Shown here in pieces: positions 62,945-64,000 of a stretch of 64,000 bases of DNA. Each line of letters starts with the position of its first letter. The stretch's first letter is position 1. A model generated the notes under the pieces. It was not told where the DNA came from and made no database searches. It worked only from the letters and a program-made list of their open reading frames with translations. The translations under genes and the position numbers were made by a program. The DNA lies in assembly GCA_030390025.1 (NCBI GenBank), contig CM059432.1, positions 2,046,001 through 2,110,000 of the forward strand. The letters are read 5' to 3'. The stretch comes from Squalus acanthias (Eukaryota).

Positions 62945-63817
62945 AGGCCGTTAAAATTGTGAAGGGGTTTCGATAGGGTAGGCGTAGAGAAGATGTTTTC
63001 ACATACAGGGAGACCTGAACTAGGGGCCATCAATATAAGATAGTGAGTAATAAATCCAATGGGGAATTCAGGAGAAACTTCTTTACCCAGAGAGTGGTGA
63101 GAATGTGGAACTCGTCACCACAGGGAGTGGTTGAGGCCAATAGTATAGATACATTTAAGGGGAAGCTAGATAAGCACATGAGGGAGAAAGGAATAGAAGG
63201 ATATGATGATGGGGTGAGATGAAGAGGGGTGGAAGGAGGCTCGTGTGGAGCATAAACACCGGCACGGGCCTGTTGGGCCGAATGGCCTGTCTCAGTGCTG
63301 TAGGTTCTACACGAGCCTCCTCCCACCCCTCTTCACCTCACCCCATCATCATATCCTTCTATTCCTTTCTCCCTCATGTGTTTATCGAGCTTCCCCTTAA
63401 ATGCATCTGTGCTATTCGCCTCAACCACTCCCTGTGGCAGCGAGTTCCACATTCTCACCACTCTCTGGGTAAAGAAGTTTCTCCCAATTCCTTATTGGAT
63501 TTATTAGTGACGATCTTATCTTTATGACCCCTAATTTTGGTCTCCTCCCACAAGTGGAAACATCTTCTCTACGCCTACCCTATCAGACCCCGTCATTATG
63601 TTAAACTCTTCTAACAGGTCACCCCTCAGCCTTCTCTTTTCTAGAGAAAAGAGCCCCAGCCTGTTCAGTCTTTCCTGATAGTTAGAACCTCTCAGTTCTG
63701 GTACCATCTTGTCAATCTTTTTTTTGTTCTTTTTTGTAATATGGAGACCAGAACTGTGCACAGTATCTGAGTGTGGTCTCACGAAGGTTCGATACAAGTT
63801 TAACATAACTTCCCTGC
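62945..63817. mobile_element. Two tail-to-tail CR1 3' fragments (~62945-63303 on +, ~63310-63817 on -)
   Basis: Both match the subfamily of 58680-59340 (aaatccaat...gaaacttctttacccagagagtggtgagaatgtgg). Confidence 0.85.
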
Positions 63818-63844
63818 TATGGCAGCGCCTCTATTATAAACCAT

Positions 63845-64000
63845 TGCTCAGTGGGTAGCACTCTCGCCTCTGAGTCAGAAGGTCGTGGGTTCAAGTCCCA
63901 CTCCAGAGACTTGAGCACAAAAATCTAGGCTGACACTCCAGTGCAGTGCTGAGGGAGTGCTGCACTGTCGGAGGTGCCGTCTTTCGGATGAGACGTTAAA
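63845..64000 (+). mobile_element. Deu-type SINE head, running off the window
   Basis: gctcagtgggtagcactctcgcctctgagtcagaaggtcgtgggttcaagtcc. Confidence 0.8.

Overview
Vertebrate genomic DNA, most likely from a shark or other cartilaginous fish; this is inferred from the CR1, L2 and Deu-SINE repeat content. The window lies inside the minus-strand ZNF521 gene. It holds the 3,338-bp multi-zinc-finger exon (62865..59528) and the next 85-bp exon (2715..2631), separated by a 56.8-kb intron. The intron is packed with CR1 and L2 LINE fragments, a second LINE family, two tRNA-derived SINE families, Harbinger-like and Tc1/mariner-like MITEs, and two ~1-kb minisatellites. The most striking signal is a set of four Penelope-like retroelement (PLE) insertions from two sequence-unrelated families, two of which retain GIY-YIG endonuclease coding remnants. 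Both families share the same RNA architecture: a minimal hammerhead-ribozyme-like motif, inverted terminal arms, a 34-nt tail on only one arm, and a 9-bp stem pairing that tail back over the element's 3' junction. All calls were made by eye; repeat boundaries without a stated TSD or TIR are approximate.
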